64,000 nt of DNA from Chromera velia (Eukaryota): assembly GCA_018398765.1 (NCBI GenBank), contig JAHBMJ010000421.1:1-64000 (forward strand). Direction: 5' to 3'. The position numbers and the translations under genes are program-made. Below the pieces are notes generated by a model that had not been told where the DNA came from, did not search any database, and worked only from the letters and a program-made list of their open reading frames with translations. Shown here piece after piece: positions 22,778 to 34,977 of the stretch (within the stretch, counting starts at the first letter, position 1; the number at the start of each line of letters is the position of its first letter).

Positions 22778-23595
22778 GCTAAGGTTAGCTAACGTTACGT
22801 CTGTCATGCAACATAACAAAATTCATTTTTTTTTTTCAATATATTATATACACTGTGTAACACTCTACTTAATACTTCCTTCATTTCAGAATCTGCACCT
22901 CCTGCAGCTAAAGTCCTGCTTCAGAATGGTAGAAGACTATTTCCCTTCTTTGATTTTCCTGATCACAGTCGATCACCCTGATATCAAAAATTGCCTTTGA
23001 CTATCCATATTAAAATTGTCTCTCTTTGCAAGTTGAAAAGAGATCTGGTCTCACTCTCGGTAGACTTTCGTCCACTACGGAGCTGTGGCTATCCACTGGG
23101 ATACACTCCTCCGGAGTCAGTCCCATACCCCATATACATGTCTGCTCCTCCTTCTACTGGGGCAGTCTAGCAAAACTTCAGTTGTGCAGGATGTCAAATC
23201 TACTTCCCTGACTATACCTCTCCCCCTCACCCCTGCCTCTACCATATGACAGTTCTATTTGACTATCACTGTCTTGAAGCCCACCCTGCTTCACAACCTG
23301 AAAGCCTGAAACAGTTCTGTTATGCTCGAGGTCTCTCCCGCCTCTCGGAGTCCCCTCTCAGTCGTCTGTTGTGCACCATGTCTGGCCCCAGACAAACAAT
23401 ACGACTGAGTCTGGTGTTCCAACAGTCGCCACAGCACCGTAGAGCACCCCCACCCCCCTATCTATTACCACCCTTTCCTTTTCTCTTATATCTCTCTCTT
23501 CCCCTATCTCTTCCTTTCCCTTCCTCTCTTTTCTTTCTCTTCATCCTGCCCAAAGAAAACCAGACCTGCTGCTTGGTACCATTAATTGCAGTCCT

Positions 23596-24147
23596 AAGCC
23601 TGCCAGTAGTTCCTCCTTTCCCAACCCCCTCAGCATTGTCAGCGTCTCTCTCCTTGCATCTCATTCCCTCCCACCTCACCCATACCCTAACCATACCACT
23701 GATATGCCATGCTGACCACCGCTTTGTCAATCACGGCGGTCTGTAACCAGGAAAAAACTTCCTCTTTCGAACAGTGAAGGAGAAAACCTAGCTTTTCCTT
23801 CCCTTTTTCAGCTCTTCTCATGCATTCTCTATTTCTGTTTGGTCAGTTTTCCCGGCCCCTTCCTTCCTTTTCCCACCCTTTCTGACCAGAACAGGAGCCA
23901 TGAAAGGTTTGACAGTCATTTCCAGTCCGGTCTTTTGACATACCAGCCTGCTTGACTATCACAGCTGACCGAAAACTTCCGATTTGGCACCCGGAAGAAA
24001 CAGTCGCCGAATTCTTGGCGCTACACAGTAACTTGATGCCCCCCCGTTTCCCTGTCTCCCTGTATTTCTTCTTTCCCCCTCCCTTTGCAGCGCCTCAGGG
24101 GAAAACCTCCAGGAATATGGAGGGAAAAACCCCCGATTGAAGAAAAA

Positions 24148-24187
<40 letters not shown>

Positions 24188-24481
24188 AAAAAAGAAAGAA
24201 AGAAAGAAAGAAAGAAAGAAAAGAAAGAAAGAAAGAAAGAAAGAAAGAAGGAAAAAAAGAAAGAAAGAATTTTCAAAGAGGAAAGGGAGGAACGTAGGAA
24301 GGAAGGAAGGAAGGAAGGAAAGAAAGAAAAAAAGAAGAAAAGAAACAAAGAAAGAAAGGCAGACAGACACACAGACAAATAGTCTGAGAAAGAAAGAAAG
24401 AAAAAAATAAATAAATAAATAAATAAAGAAAGAAAGGAAGGAAGGAAGGAAGGAAGGAAGAACAAACAAACAAACGAACAA

Positions 24482-24513
<32 letters not shown>

Positions 24514-25072
24514 AAAGAAAGAATAAAGCCCTCCAGTGGTTCCTCCTTTTCTAACCCCCTCAGCATGTTAATGGTTCCCTCATTGCTTCTCATTCCCTCC
24601 CACCTCACCCATATACTACGCATACCAGCTAACATGCTACACTGACTGCCCTTTTTTCAGTTACGGCGGTCTGCAGCCAGGAAAAAACTTCCTTTTTTGA
24701 GCAGTAGAGGAGAAAACCCAACTTTCCCTTCCCCTTTTCAGATCTTTCCACTCCCTATTTCCGTTTTGTCAGTGTCCTCCATTGAAAATTTCCTTCCCTA
24801 TCTCATCCTTACTGATTTGACCAGAACAAGAGCCAGGGAAGGTTTGACAATCATTTATAGCCCGGTCTTTTGATATACCAGTCTGCTTGACTATCACATA
24901 CAGCCGATCGAAAACTTTCGTTTCGATCGGCACCCGGAAGAAACAGTTACTGAACTTTTAGCGCTGTCTGGGGTCCTCCTATTTCCCTTACCCCCCCCTT
25001 TTCTTCTTTCATCCCCTTCCCTCGCAGCGCCTCAAGGCAAAAATTCAAAGGAAACGGAGAAAAACCCTGATT
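23596..25072. repeat. Diverged tandem duplication of a ~540-bp unit separated by a (GAAA/GGAA)n microsatellite
   Basis: About 23596-24138 and 24526-25072 share colinear blocks (CTCATTCCCTCCCACCTCACCCATA, CCAGGAAAAAACTTCC, CTGCTTGACTATCACA, GCACCCGGAAGAAACAGT, GCAGCGCCTCA). Confidence 0.8.
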
Positions 25073-25155
25073 CAATACAAGTACTTTATTTGTTAATCCG
25101 TCTGTTTCTCTTTTTTCCCTTCAAAGCACCAGGCTGAGCCAACGATAGAAAAGAC

Positions 25156-25216
<61 letters not shown>

Positions 25217-25452
25217 TGGATAGTCTAAGACATAGAGAAAGAAACCGAGACTCTGAGATGAACAGTAAGAAAAACGAAGAGAAACAGAGAGAGTCATAGT
25301 GATAAAAAGCAAGAAAAAAAAGGAAAGAAGATGAGAAGAAAGAAAAAGGAAAAAAGAGAAATGGAAAGAAGGATCTTAGAAAGAACATCAAGGGAATTCA
25401 TCTCCTTTTTTTATATGATTGTTGCCTCTTTCTCTGAAACAGCACATCAGAG

Positions 25453-25515
25453 ATGTGTGCATGTATGTATGTTTATATATGTGTGTGTGTGTGTATGTAT
25501 GTGTATGTGTGTATA

Positions 25516-25558
<43 letters not shown>

Positions 25559-25606
25559 TTGTGTGTGTGTTGTGGTGTGTATGTGTGTATGTATATGTAT
25601 GTGTGT

Positions 25607-25651
<45 letters not shown>

Positions 25652-25671
25652 TGTATGTGTGTGTATGTATA

Positions 25672-25730
<59 letters not shown>

Positions 25731-25785
25731 ATGCATACGTGTGTGCGTTTGTATGTGGGTGAGTGTGTATGTATGTGTATGTGTA
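25453..25785. repeat. (GT)n/(GTAT) microsatellite
   Basis: Directly visible dinucleotide array. The Cys/Val and His/Thr 'ORFs' here are artefacts of the repeat. Confidence 0.95.
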
Positions 25786-26339
25786 CTATGCGTGTCTTTC
25801 CTTTTTTATGGTTGGTTTATATATTTACAGTAGGGACGTCAGAAGGATGGTAATTACGCAGTGTTGCGACCACCGTGAGTGCGCTGTCAGTGGAGACGGG
25901 ACGCTCCGCTGGGCGACTTGGACGTACAGAATAGTCAGGGAAACAGTTAAAATTTGGGAGCGTTGGAAGATACGGGAGTGGTTGTGGAAAAGAATTGGAG
26001 TTTTTGCCGTACCCTTTTCTCTAACTACCATCTTCCACTCCCTCCCCCTCCTAATGATCACTCCTCGCTACCGCTTCTTTTCCCTGCTCTGGGTTTTTTT
26101 CTTCTTTTCCGCTTTTCCAGCCTCCTTCACTCTTTTCTGTTTTTCTCTATTCGTTCTTTTTTGTCGTTTTTCTCCCTCTTTCTGATTCTTTCAGGATTCT
26201 CGTGTGCGTGCGTGTCTCTAAATCTTCTGTCTCCTCTGTCTTTCTGTCTATACTTCCTTTCTGTTTGTCAGTATTCCTGTCTCCCTTCTTTCTTCTTCCT
26301 TCCCCCGCCCTTTCTCTCTCTGAGATACTCTCTTTTTTT

Positions 26340-26444
26340 TTTTCTGTCTGTCTGTCTGTCTCAGAGTCTCTATCTCTCTGTCTGTTTGCTAGTGTGTCGG
26401 TCTGTTTATCCATCTGTGTGACTGTCTAACTCAGTCTGATTGTT

Positions 26445-26483
<39 letters not shown>

Positions 26484-27041
26484 TTGCTAGTCTGTCAGTC
26501 TATCTGTCTGTCTGTCTGTATGACTGTCTGACTGACTGACTGGCTGTCTGTCTGTCTGTTTGCTAGTCTATCGGTCGGTCGGTCTGTCTGACTCTCTATC
26601 TGTTTATCCATTTGTTTGCTAGTCTGTCGGTCTGTCTGTCTGTATGACTGTCTGACTGTCTATCTATCTGTCTGTCTGTCTGTTTGCTAGTCTGTTAGTC
26701 AGTCTGTCTATCTGTTTGTCTATCTGTCTGCTAGTCTGTCGGTTTGTTTGTTTGTCTATATGACTGTTTGACTGTCTGTCTGTCTGTTTGCTAGTCTGTC
26801 GGTTTGTCTCTATGTCTGTGTGACTGTCTGTCTGTCTGTCTATCTGTCTATCTGTTTGCTAGTCTGTCGGTCGGTCGGTCTATCTCTCTGGCTGTCTGTC
26901 TATTTGTTTGCTAGTCTGTCGGTCTGTCTGTCTGTCTGTGTGACTGTCTGACTAGCTGTCTGTCTGTTTGCTAGTCTGTCGGTCGGTCGGTCGGTCGGTC
27001 GGTCGGTCTGTCTGTCTGTCTGTCTGTCTGTCTACTAGCTA

Positions 27042-27077
<36 letters not shown>

Positions 27078-27085
27078 CTGTCTCT
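26340..27085. repeat. Compound (GTCT/GTCG)n microsatellite with a recurring higher-order motif
   Basis: (TCTG)n tracts punctuated repeatedly by GTTTGCTAGTCTGTCGGT and TATGACTG/TGTGACTG. Confidence 0.9.
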
Positions 27086-27535
27086 ATCTCTTTTTCTTTT
27101 GCTCTCTCTCGTTCTCTTTCCCACTTTCCTCTCCCTCGTATCTTTCTCTATTCTGGTGATTCTGGTCCGCACCAGTTAACTGCGTGGGGGACTCGAATTC
27201 ATGCACGCGAAAAACAAAAAACAGACGAAGTGACGTCCCCAACCGACTCCCGCATGCATCATGCTGCCAGCATTCATGATTGAGCGTTTGCATGGTATAT
27301 ATATGCATGTCAACGCGATAATTGCCAGAATGATCATGTTGCCACAAGAGTTCCCCCCTCCGTTCGTTTTCACTGCTGCAGCTGAATGATCCAGATGTCC
27401 TTTTGTGTTCAAATCATTTCTTCAAAGTTGTTCTTCATTGGTTATCCTTCGCACAGCAGACCAATTTCCCCAGAACGGTGAAACAACACTTGTGTTGCGT
27501 GGACAACAGTTGAGGCGCAGTGATCGTAACATTCA

Positions 27536-30500
27536 ATGGTGGCAGGGTCTGCCCTCGAGTCTGAGGAGGAGGATGCGCAGGAAAGAAAAGTGCCAGGATA
27601 CTTCATCAGTGGGCAGGAGTTGGTTGCAAAGGAGAGAAACCTGGTTTCCCTCGAGGAGATCTGCCTGCCCTCGAGAAGTGGTCTGACTTCGCTCGATGTC
27701 TCAGGGTAAGTTTACATGCACAAACACGCAGCCACAGTCTCGGACTCCTCAACGGATACTCAGAGAGAACAAAAGCTTCCCAAAGGCCTGAATGATGATA
27801 TCATGCTCATCCATCTATGCGAATGTGCAGGAACGCACTGTGCGAGATCTCTGCCCTCCGTTACTGTGTCAATCTGAGGAATCTGAATCTGTCGCGCAAC
27901 AGACTCCGTTCCTTGCCCACCGACGTCTTCAGAGCCTTGGAGGACCTTCAGGTTCTCGATGCCTCTCACAATCTCCTCAAGAGCTCTCGAGGCCTTCTCT
28001 TCTGCCAACAGCTTGAGAGCGTGTTCCTGGAGAACAACAGTATCTCTATTGTTGAAGATTTTGAGTGCGTGCCCAACCTGTGTCTACTCGACTTGTCTAA
28101 CAACAACATTTGCCACGTTGTTTCCCTTCGAAGCCTCTCACTCTGTCCTAATCTCACACACCTGCACCTAAAGGGAAACCTTCTCTTCACACAACCCAAA
28201 AAGTCTCTCAAGGGGGTCAGGGGTGAGGTCGCCAATTTGATTCCTGCCTTGCAGAACCTGGACGGTCATAAAATGTTCCAACACTCCTCAGCATACCGAC
28301 AAAGGGTCGTACAGCGGCATTCACAGTTACGTCTCCACACAAATGCACTCATGGAGCCGTCTCCAGGCCCCATGCAGAAAAAGGCGTCAGCAACGCCCAG
28401 CAGAAACCAAAGAAACAGAGCTCACTCTCCAACCCCCCACACCACAAAACTCCACAGTCGAAACAGCTCTGCACACCGAAAGAGGCCCCAAACAGACCAT
28501 GACGTTCTCACAGTCGCAAGGCTCTACCCAAAGCAACACCCACTTGCCGATTTCTACTCCCGTCTACCTTTGCCTTCCAAAGACATCAATTTTTCCCCTT
28601 CGAGATGCAGATGCCACTCTGCCTATCCTTGGAATTTCAACTACCTGTACAAGGACAAAGACGCACACACACACGCAGTCTCTCCCTCCATTGGAGGACA
28701 GACAGGCAGCTCACGCAAAAGCACAGAGAGGGCGCGAGGCCTTTCCCCCAGGCGGTCCCCTTTGTCTAGAGACCCCATGCACTCTGCATGCACCCCCTTT
28801 ACACCCCCCCCCCGAGACGGCACAGGAAGAGACGGAGATACCCCCACAATGCCCCAACAAGGGCTCCTCAATCTTCCCCTCCCCCCCTTCCCTACTTTCA
28901 GTCCCTTCCCCCCCTACGTCTCCATCCAGCCCGACGACCCCTGGCGCATTTCCCATTTAGGCTATGCAGACAACTTCCGCCTCTCTCCCTTCTCTTCCCC
29001 CGACGCACCACCAGGACGTTCTACTCGAGCACAGTCCAATCAGGCAAACTTGAGGCGGCATCAAGGCAAAACACGAAGGGATCAGAGGGGGGAAGGGGTA
29101 GGGGCACAACCACACCCCACCTCTAACACACGACCGAGTTATCTCTCGCCAAGAGGGCTGCAAATGCAGCGCGACAGAGAGCGCACGAGAAGGGCGGCAG
29201 AAGAGGCCCTCGCGCAACGCCGATGGCAAGCGCAATGTGAGGCAGCGTGGCTGCAGATAACATCTGCAGGTCTCCTCGTTGCTGGCGCACCAGTGCCTCC
29301 CAGTAGTCCCCCCCTTTCTCAAATGCAGCAGCCAAGTTCAATTCCTGCCAAAGGCCCAGAGCCCACCATGAGTCTCGCAGGACTATCCCCCCTTTCCTCA
29401 GTCGCCTGCGCCCCTTCAAATCCCAGATCTACAGCCTGCCGGTCTCCTGCAACTGTAGCTCGGCAGCTCTCCCCTGTGCGCTATCAGTTCTCGGCTTTTC
29501 CGACTAAGCTTGTGGGTGGGCAGCATGTGACGGGGGATGCAGAGGGGGAAGAGGGGACATCTGGAACGAGGGCGAGAGCAACCAACCCGACTACCGCAAC
29601 GTGGAAACCCCCTCCAAGACGGTCGGGTTCCCGCGACCTTCCCTTTGTCTCCCCCGAAGACGAGGAAGAGACCCGCACGCCAAATCAAAGGAACCCCCAC
29701 CACCAGACAGAAAAATCCACGGAAGGGTTTCAAAGCCAAGGACAGATCACAGAGGAACTTCAAGTCGAAAAAAACCAAACAGAACCGGCAGTCCTCCAAG
29801 GGATGGCCCTCACAAGTGGGTCAGTCAGAGGAGCCAGGGTTCAAGAGGTGGTGCAGCACTATGAGAGAATGTCCGCAGGACTGTCTCAACCCCCCAGGCA
29901 GCAGTTGCAGCTGCATCCGGGGGGGAGGGCCGCCCCTTCTTCCTCTTCCAAATGCCCAACGGTACCCGTAGAAACTTCCCCTAACATGAATTCCAGAAGC
30001 CCCGTAGAACCCTCTTCAGATGGGGGCAGAGAGCAGGGGGAGGGGGGTCCTTCGATGCACTCACCTGACCTCCCTCCGGTTCTCCCTCCTCCCCCTTTCC
30101 CCCCCTCCCATCCAGACAGACAGGGCCGCAGCAGTTCGAGCAAGCAAGGACAAGAACACACAGGCAGAAGAACCGAATCAGACTCCCCCTCATCCGATCT
30201 CTTTCAGACTGCTGCCGAGCTTGCGCTTGGAGTTGCGGCAGCAGACAACGGACAGGAAGGATCAGACACCGCCTCAGCAGAGGGGCCGCCCCCGTCAACC
30301 TCAAGGTCACCCCGGTCATCTCTCAAAGAAAACCAGAGACCCTCTGAACACGGACCCCCCTCGTCTGCTTCCCACTCAAGCAGGAGACAGAGCGTCAACG
30401 TACCTCCAGCCCCATCCCCTCTAGACATCCCCCCCGCCCCCCAGGCCCAAAATGGCACACAACGCAGTCTGTCGTTCGAGCGGGTTCCGCCTGTGGTTGT

Positions 30501-31299
30501 GAATGTACAAGAGGGTGGGGGGAGCAGGGGCTCCCTTTCTAAGCAGGGCTCTTCTGTCTCCTCTTCTAGGGTCTCTGTCTCCCGAGCCCAGCCTCCTGCT
30601 GCTAATGCAAAAGAGAGAAGACTCACCACATCCTCAGAGATGAAAACTGAAGGAGAGGGAAAGACAAAACCTCCGATTGCCGTTGGAACGCTTCCAGTGG
30701 GAGGTGGCCGTCTCTCCAGACAATCCTCCAGTCACAGCGGGGGGGCCTCCCATCCACCTGTCCAGCAGCACCGTCGAAGGTCGTCTGAGAGTATTGCAGC
30801 TGCTGAAGGGCGAAAGGTCTCTGATCCTCTTCTCCATTCTTCTCACACGCAGCAGGCCCAAGAGAGCAATCATGATGCCGAGGGGGCATCGGCAAGCGAC
30901 GCTTCTTCGACCGTTCCCCTGCCAGGAATGGAGGAGGACACTCAGAGGGCTCAGGTTCCGCATTCAGAAAGACCCAGGGAAGAAACCGAAAGACGAGATA
31001 GTGCACACGACCAGCGGACTTTAAACCCCCTCCTTGCTCACCTGGAGGCTTCCCGTACAGGAGCTGCACCTTCCAACGCTGTTGCTGAACAGCAAGCACC
31101 CCCGGCAGAGGGCGAGGACGCAAAATCAAAAGCCCCTCCCGAACCGCCCTCTCCAAATGTGGGTTCCCATTCCGAGTCCTCTTTTGATTTGGACCTCGAG
31201 GGTCTGGGACTGGAGGGCGGTGGGAGTGAGGCTGGTAGCGGGGGAAGCGTTGGACTTGGGATTTCTTTAGACGAGATGAAGAGGGCCTTAGGAGAGTGA
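27536..31299 (+). CDS. Leucine-rich repeat protein (SDS22-like N-terminal LRRs plus a long Pro/Ser-rich disordered C-terminus); exons 27536-27705 and 27831-31299
   Basis: The splice GG|GTAAG ... TGCAG|G joins 'LTSLDVS-G-NALCEISAL'. Following LRRs: 'LRNLNLSRNRL', 'LQVLDASHNLL', 'LESVFLENNSI', 'LCLLDLSNNNI', 'LTHLHLKGNLL', then an LRRcap-like 'VANLIPALQNLDG'. Confidence 0.85.
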
Positions 31300-31587
31300 T
31301 CAATCGTTCGTTCGTTCGTTCGTTCGTTCCTTGTACGTTTCGTTCATCTTTAATACAATTGATGAAAAAAGTTGGGAATAAAAGCTTTCTTACCAGCAAG
31401 AAGTCCTTCATAAACGAGCATAGACTGTTTACTACAGTCACTGATAGACATAAGAAACTTCTTATTGATAAATACAAGAAAAAGAAGTTCATTTTCAACT
31501 TTGAAATATAATATCACATTTTTTTTTGCGATGATCTAAACTGATTATATTATATTGACTGTTGCTAGGACTGTACACCAGATATTG

Positions 31588-34500
31588 CTAGGCTACCCAC
31601 ATTAAAAAAAAAATAGAAAATTAAGCTAAAAACCTAATTAGTTTTTTTTTTTTTTTTGATTTTTGACGTTCACATCTCGGTCCTTAAAGTCAGCCTAGTG
31701 CTAGGCCTAGTGCCTAGACTAACAGAGAGTCTGAGCAAGTCTCCCACAGCTCTCTAGGTGACCAGGTCTCCCGCGAACCGCATACGCCATTCAGAGACGG
31801 AACCGCTGTCCCCTCAGCAATATAAGCAGCATGAGGCCCTAGACGAGGCCCCCACTTCTCCCCTACACCCGATTTTTTCTTTGTGCAGAAAGACCGAAAG
31901 GATAGCCAAAGCGTAGCAGAAGCAGCAAAAGCAATGTTAGAATTTAGAGACTGGCTGGACGTTCTAGATGTGATGGGGTTGGCAGATGAAGAATGGGAAG
32001 AAGAGGATAAAAACGATGAAGGTGAAAGAGACAATGTTCTGCAGCAGGATAGCTGCACAAGGTTTCATACAGCAGAAAGGCAAAGTCTTACATTTGCAGA
32101 GGGGGATTGGAATGGACAGTCAGCAGAGAAAACGAAAGGTTGGCTGCAAGTGAGAGTTGATGGTCTCGGTGGGGCTGAACAGGATATGGTTTCCTTTTTT
32201 TGGAAGTTGTGGAAGGAGGCAAGTGAAAAAAACGGGCATGCCACAGTTATTGAAAAGGGGAAATAGAACCGTACCGGGTGGGTACAAACTTCCTCGTAGA
32301 CTTCCTCAAATCAAAAGTGACTTTCAAATCCTGAATTAAACTATAGTCGCTAAGTGGAAGCTAGACCCTAAGTTAAACTATGAGCTAGAGCCTTTCCTAA
32401 GTGGGAGATCTGAACTGGGCCCCAAATTTTTCACATTGAAAATCAATCAAAAAAAAAAAAGAAAATCAAAAATCGATTTTAGGCCATTACTTTTTTTTTT
32501 TTGATCATAAGATGATTAAAGGGGTTTGTGTTCATTGCAACGAATAATGCTAGAGGTACTGCTTCCCACCTTAGGGGTTGCTAATCGATCAACCGTCCAA
32601 AAGACTCATACACTCGCACCGTTGACTGCAGAGGCTATCTGCTGATTCTAACAGGCCCCACCGGGGAGCATTCTCAGTTCCGGTTTAAGTGAGTTCCGTG
32701 GGGGCGCTTGCTGGTCCTTACCATATTTTGGGCAGGGTTCAGTGGGCGGGTCCATCGGCTCTTCTTAAACTCGTGCCTGTTCTCTTCCGGGGGGAGTCGC
32801 GGACGTGAGCGTATGAGCTTAGGAGGTGACCGACAAAGCAGGAACCCTTATATGGTGACTTAAAGGCTTCTTCAGGAGCCAGAGGTCCTCCGAAGAAGGT
32901 CCGGGCTATCTGATATCTGCCTGTGTTGCGGTGAGTTACTGCACTGGCACGCCCTACTGGGTGATCTTGGGTTAACAATGTATACGGGGTTGGGTATCGG
33001 TGATGAAGACGCCTTCTGGACTAAGGAGGACTCCCGCCGGAAACCAAGGATAAGGATCAGATGATTAGGTAGAAGGCGTTACTGCTGCCAAAACTTGGGT
33101 CCTGACAGAGGTGAAGTTTCTAGCCAAAACCTCACATGCTTTTTTATTCTCTTCTGTCTATCTTGTGCATCCGTTGGCTTCTATGCTGCGCTGAGGCTAT
33201 CCCGCTTACACTTTCTTATCTTTTATTATTTTTAATAGAGGGGGACAGATTACCTCTATTGCAATATGATGCGATCTTGCCATATGAGGAAAAAGACCAG
33301 GCCAGCTACACCATTCCTTTTGACATTTGGAGCTGATGCCTGTTAGTGACCGCCCTCTGGCTGAGTAGTTAGCGTACACAGCCGTGTTGAGGGGAGCCGA
33401 GCTCCCTCACCCTCCCCGCGGAAAACCTCACTGCCTGGGCATGACAAGTAAGTAAACCATGGGTATTAGCAGGCTGTCTGAGGAAAGCGATCTGGGCTCA
33501 TTGGTATATGTAAATATGAAGTACTGAATAGATGTGTGTTGCGGTGATTGCCTGTACGTATCCTCAAGGTGCGGTCTGTCGATATGAGATCTCGAGTGTT
33601 GTAGACCTGGGTCCGCGGCTGGTGGTAGTCAGTGATGTCATATGGAGCGAAGAGTCCCTATGATGTTCCGCTAACGGTGTTTGATGGAGGTGCTGAAGTA
33701 GTGAACTGGCTCCATTAGCTCCGCACCTGTTGTTGTTACTCTATGGAGTATGTGTCGTCAGTTTTGGACCGGAGTGCTCCACTCTGGGGGCATCGTGGGG
33801 TGTGGAGTGGAGTGGAGAAGGGGGGCATTCTGTGGGCGTCTCCCATTCGCAACTGCGATCGGTATCCATGAAGTTCCAGTTCCAGGGTGGGAGGCTAAGA
33901 GAAAGAGTTCCCTGACCATATGGTCAGCTACTTCATTTCCTCCACCAGTCACTGCTTGAGGGTGGCCATGGAGTGATCTCCTTCGCTCGGTCTAGTAATG
34001 GGGTGGGGGGGGGGGGTCCTGGACCGGGGGGGCTTAAGGGGTGCATAGGGGGAGGGGGAGGACAGCTGCATAGTTGGTGCTGGTAGGTGGAGTTTGTTGC
34101 TGCGCTGGGCTGCTCGTTGTAGAGCTGGTCCGGCTGTGAAGTTGGGGTTTCCTCAGGTGGTAGGCTCCTTCAGGATTGAGGTGATTTAGTACAGCTAAAT
34201 ATTAGTGTGCAACATATGCAGGGAACACAAGAGAAAAGAAAACAGATAGTAAGGCAGAACGCTTTACTTAGGATTCAAAATGAGAGGGAAACACACGATG
34301 CATGTAAGTTGCGGTGACTTTCGACAAGAATCCAGCAAAAATCCCGAGGTGGCCCTCCTGCTTCTTGGCTACAATTCCTACAAGCGGAACCATACCACGG
34401 CTCCGTCTTTCTCTCCATACATTGATAAGCTCTCCTGGCTAGATTTCCAGGGAAGGGCTATTCAGGTGAAGTGAGGTAAGACGAGGAACGCCAAGTGGTT

Positions 34501-34843
34501 ACTGCCTATCTGTTTGTGGCCAGCTGGCCTGTGGTCGAGTCTATCGCTTTCTTTCAAATCTGTTTGTTCTCCCTGCAGCGGTTAGGTGTGAGTGCCCGCA
34601 AGTAGGTGGGAAGTACTTGTGGAGTGAGGCGTTTTCTCGCCTGGAAGTACAGAGGCAGGGTAGTCAGGGCAGAGTCTCCTCTCTTAGTTGCGTTGATTAG
34701 ATACCGAGCTAGAGCCCTTCCTAAGTGGGAGATCTGAACTGGGCCCCAAATTTTTCACATTGAAAATCAATCAAAAAAAAAAAAGAAAATCAAAAATCGA
34801 TTTTAGGCCATTACTTTTTTTTTTTTTAATGTGGGTGGCCTAG
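31588..34843. mobile_element. Non-autonomous TIR element (hAT-like) with an 8-bp TSD, carrying a nested insertion
   Basis: Left end CTAGGCTACCCACATTAAAAAA, right end TTTTTTAATGTGGGTGGCCTAG. Perfect TSD AGATATTG at 31580-31587 and 34844-34851. Confidence 0.85.
32503..34705 (-). mobile_element. Nested ~2.2-kb insertion, possibly a degenerate non-LTR retroelement, bounded by ~120-bp direct repeats
   Basis: Near-identical repeats at 32382-32502 and 34706-34827, each ending in a T-tract. The insert is GC-richer and has no intact ORF; no RT motif was recognised. Confidence 0.5.
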
Positions 34844-34977
34844 AGATATTGTTGCTTATCATTGTATAATTTAAGCACCAGATTTGAGTCATCGACTAAT
34901 CGATCCGATTCGATCATGAATCTGGTCGTAAATGAATACACAGTAAAAAACCCGTTAAAACCTATAAATTTTGTATA

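Noticed and set aside
23959..25853. Long ORFs rich in F/L/S, K/E/R, C/V or H/T
   Set aside because: These are translations of (GAAA)n, (GA)n and (GT)n microsatellites, not genes. The same applies to similar ORFs in introns.
26340..27085. Repeat-spacer-like pattern reminiscent of a CRISPR array
   Set aside because: The 'spacers' are themselves TCTG microsatellite, the repeats are degenerate, the context is eukaryotic and there are no cas genes.
31883..32266. 127-aa acidic ORF inside the TIR element
   Set aside because: No ATG start and no recognisable transposase motif; treated as an unidentified remnant rather than a gene.
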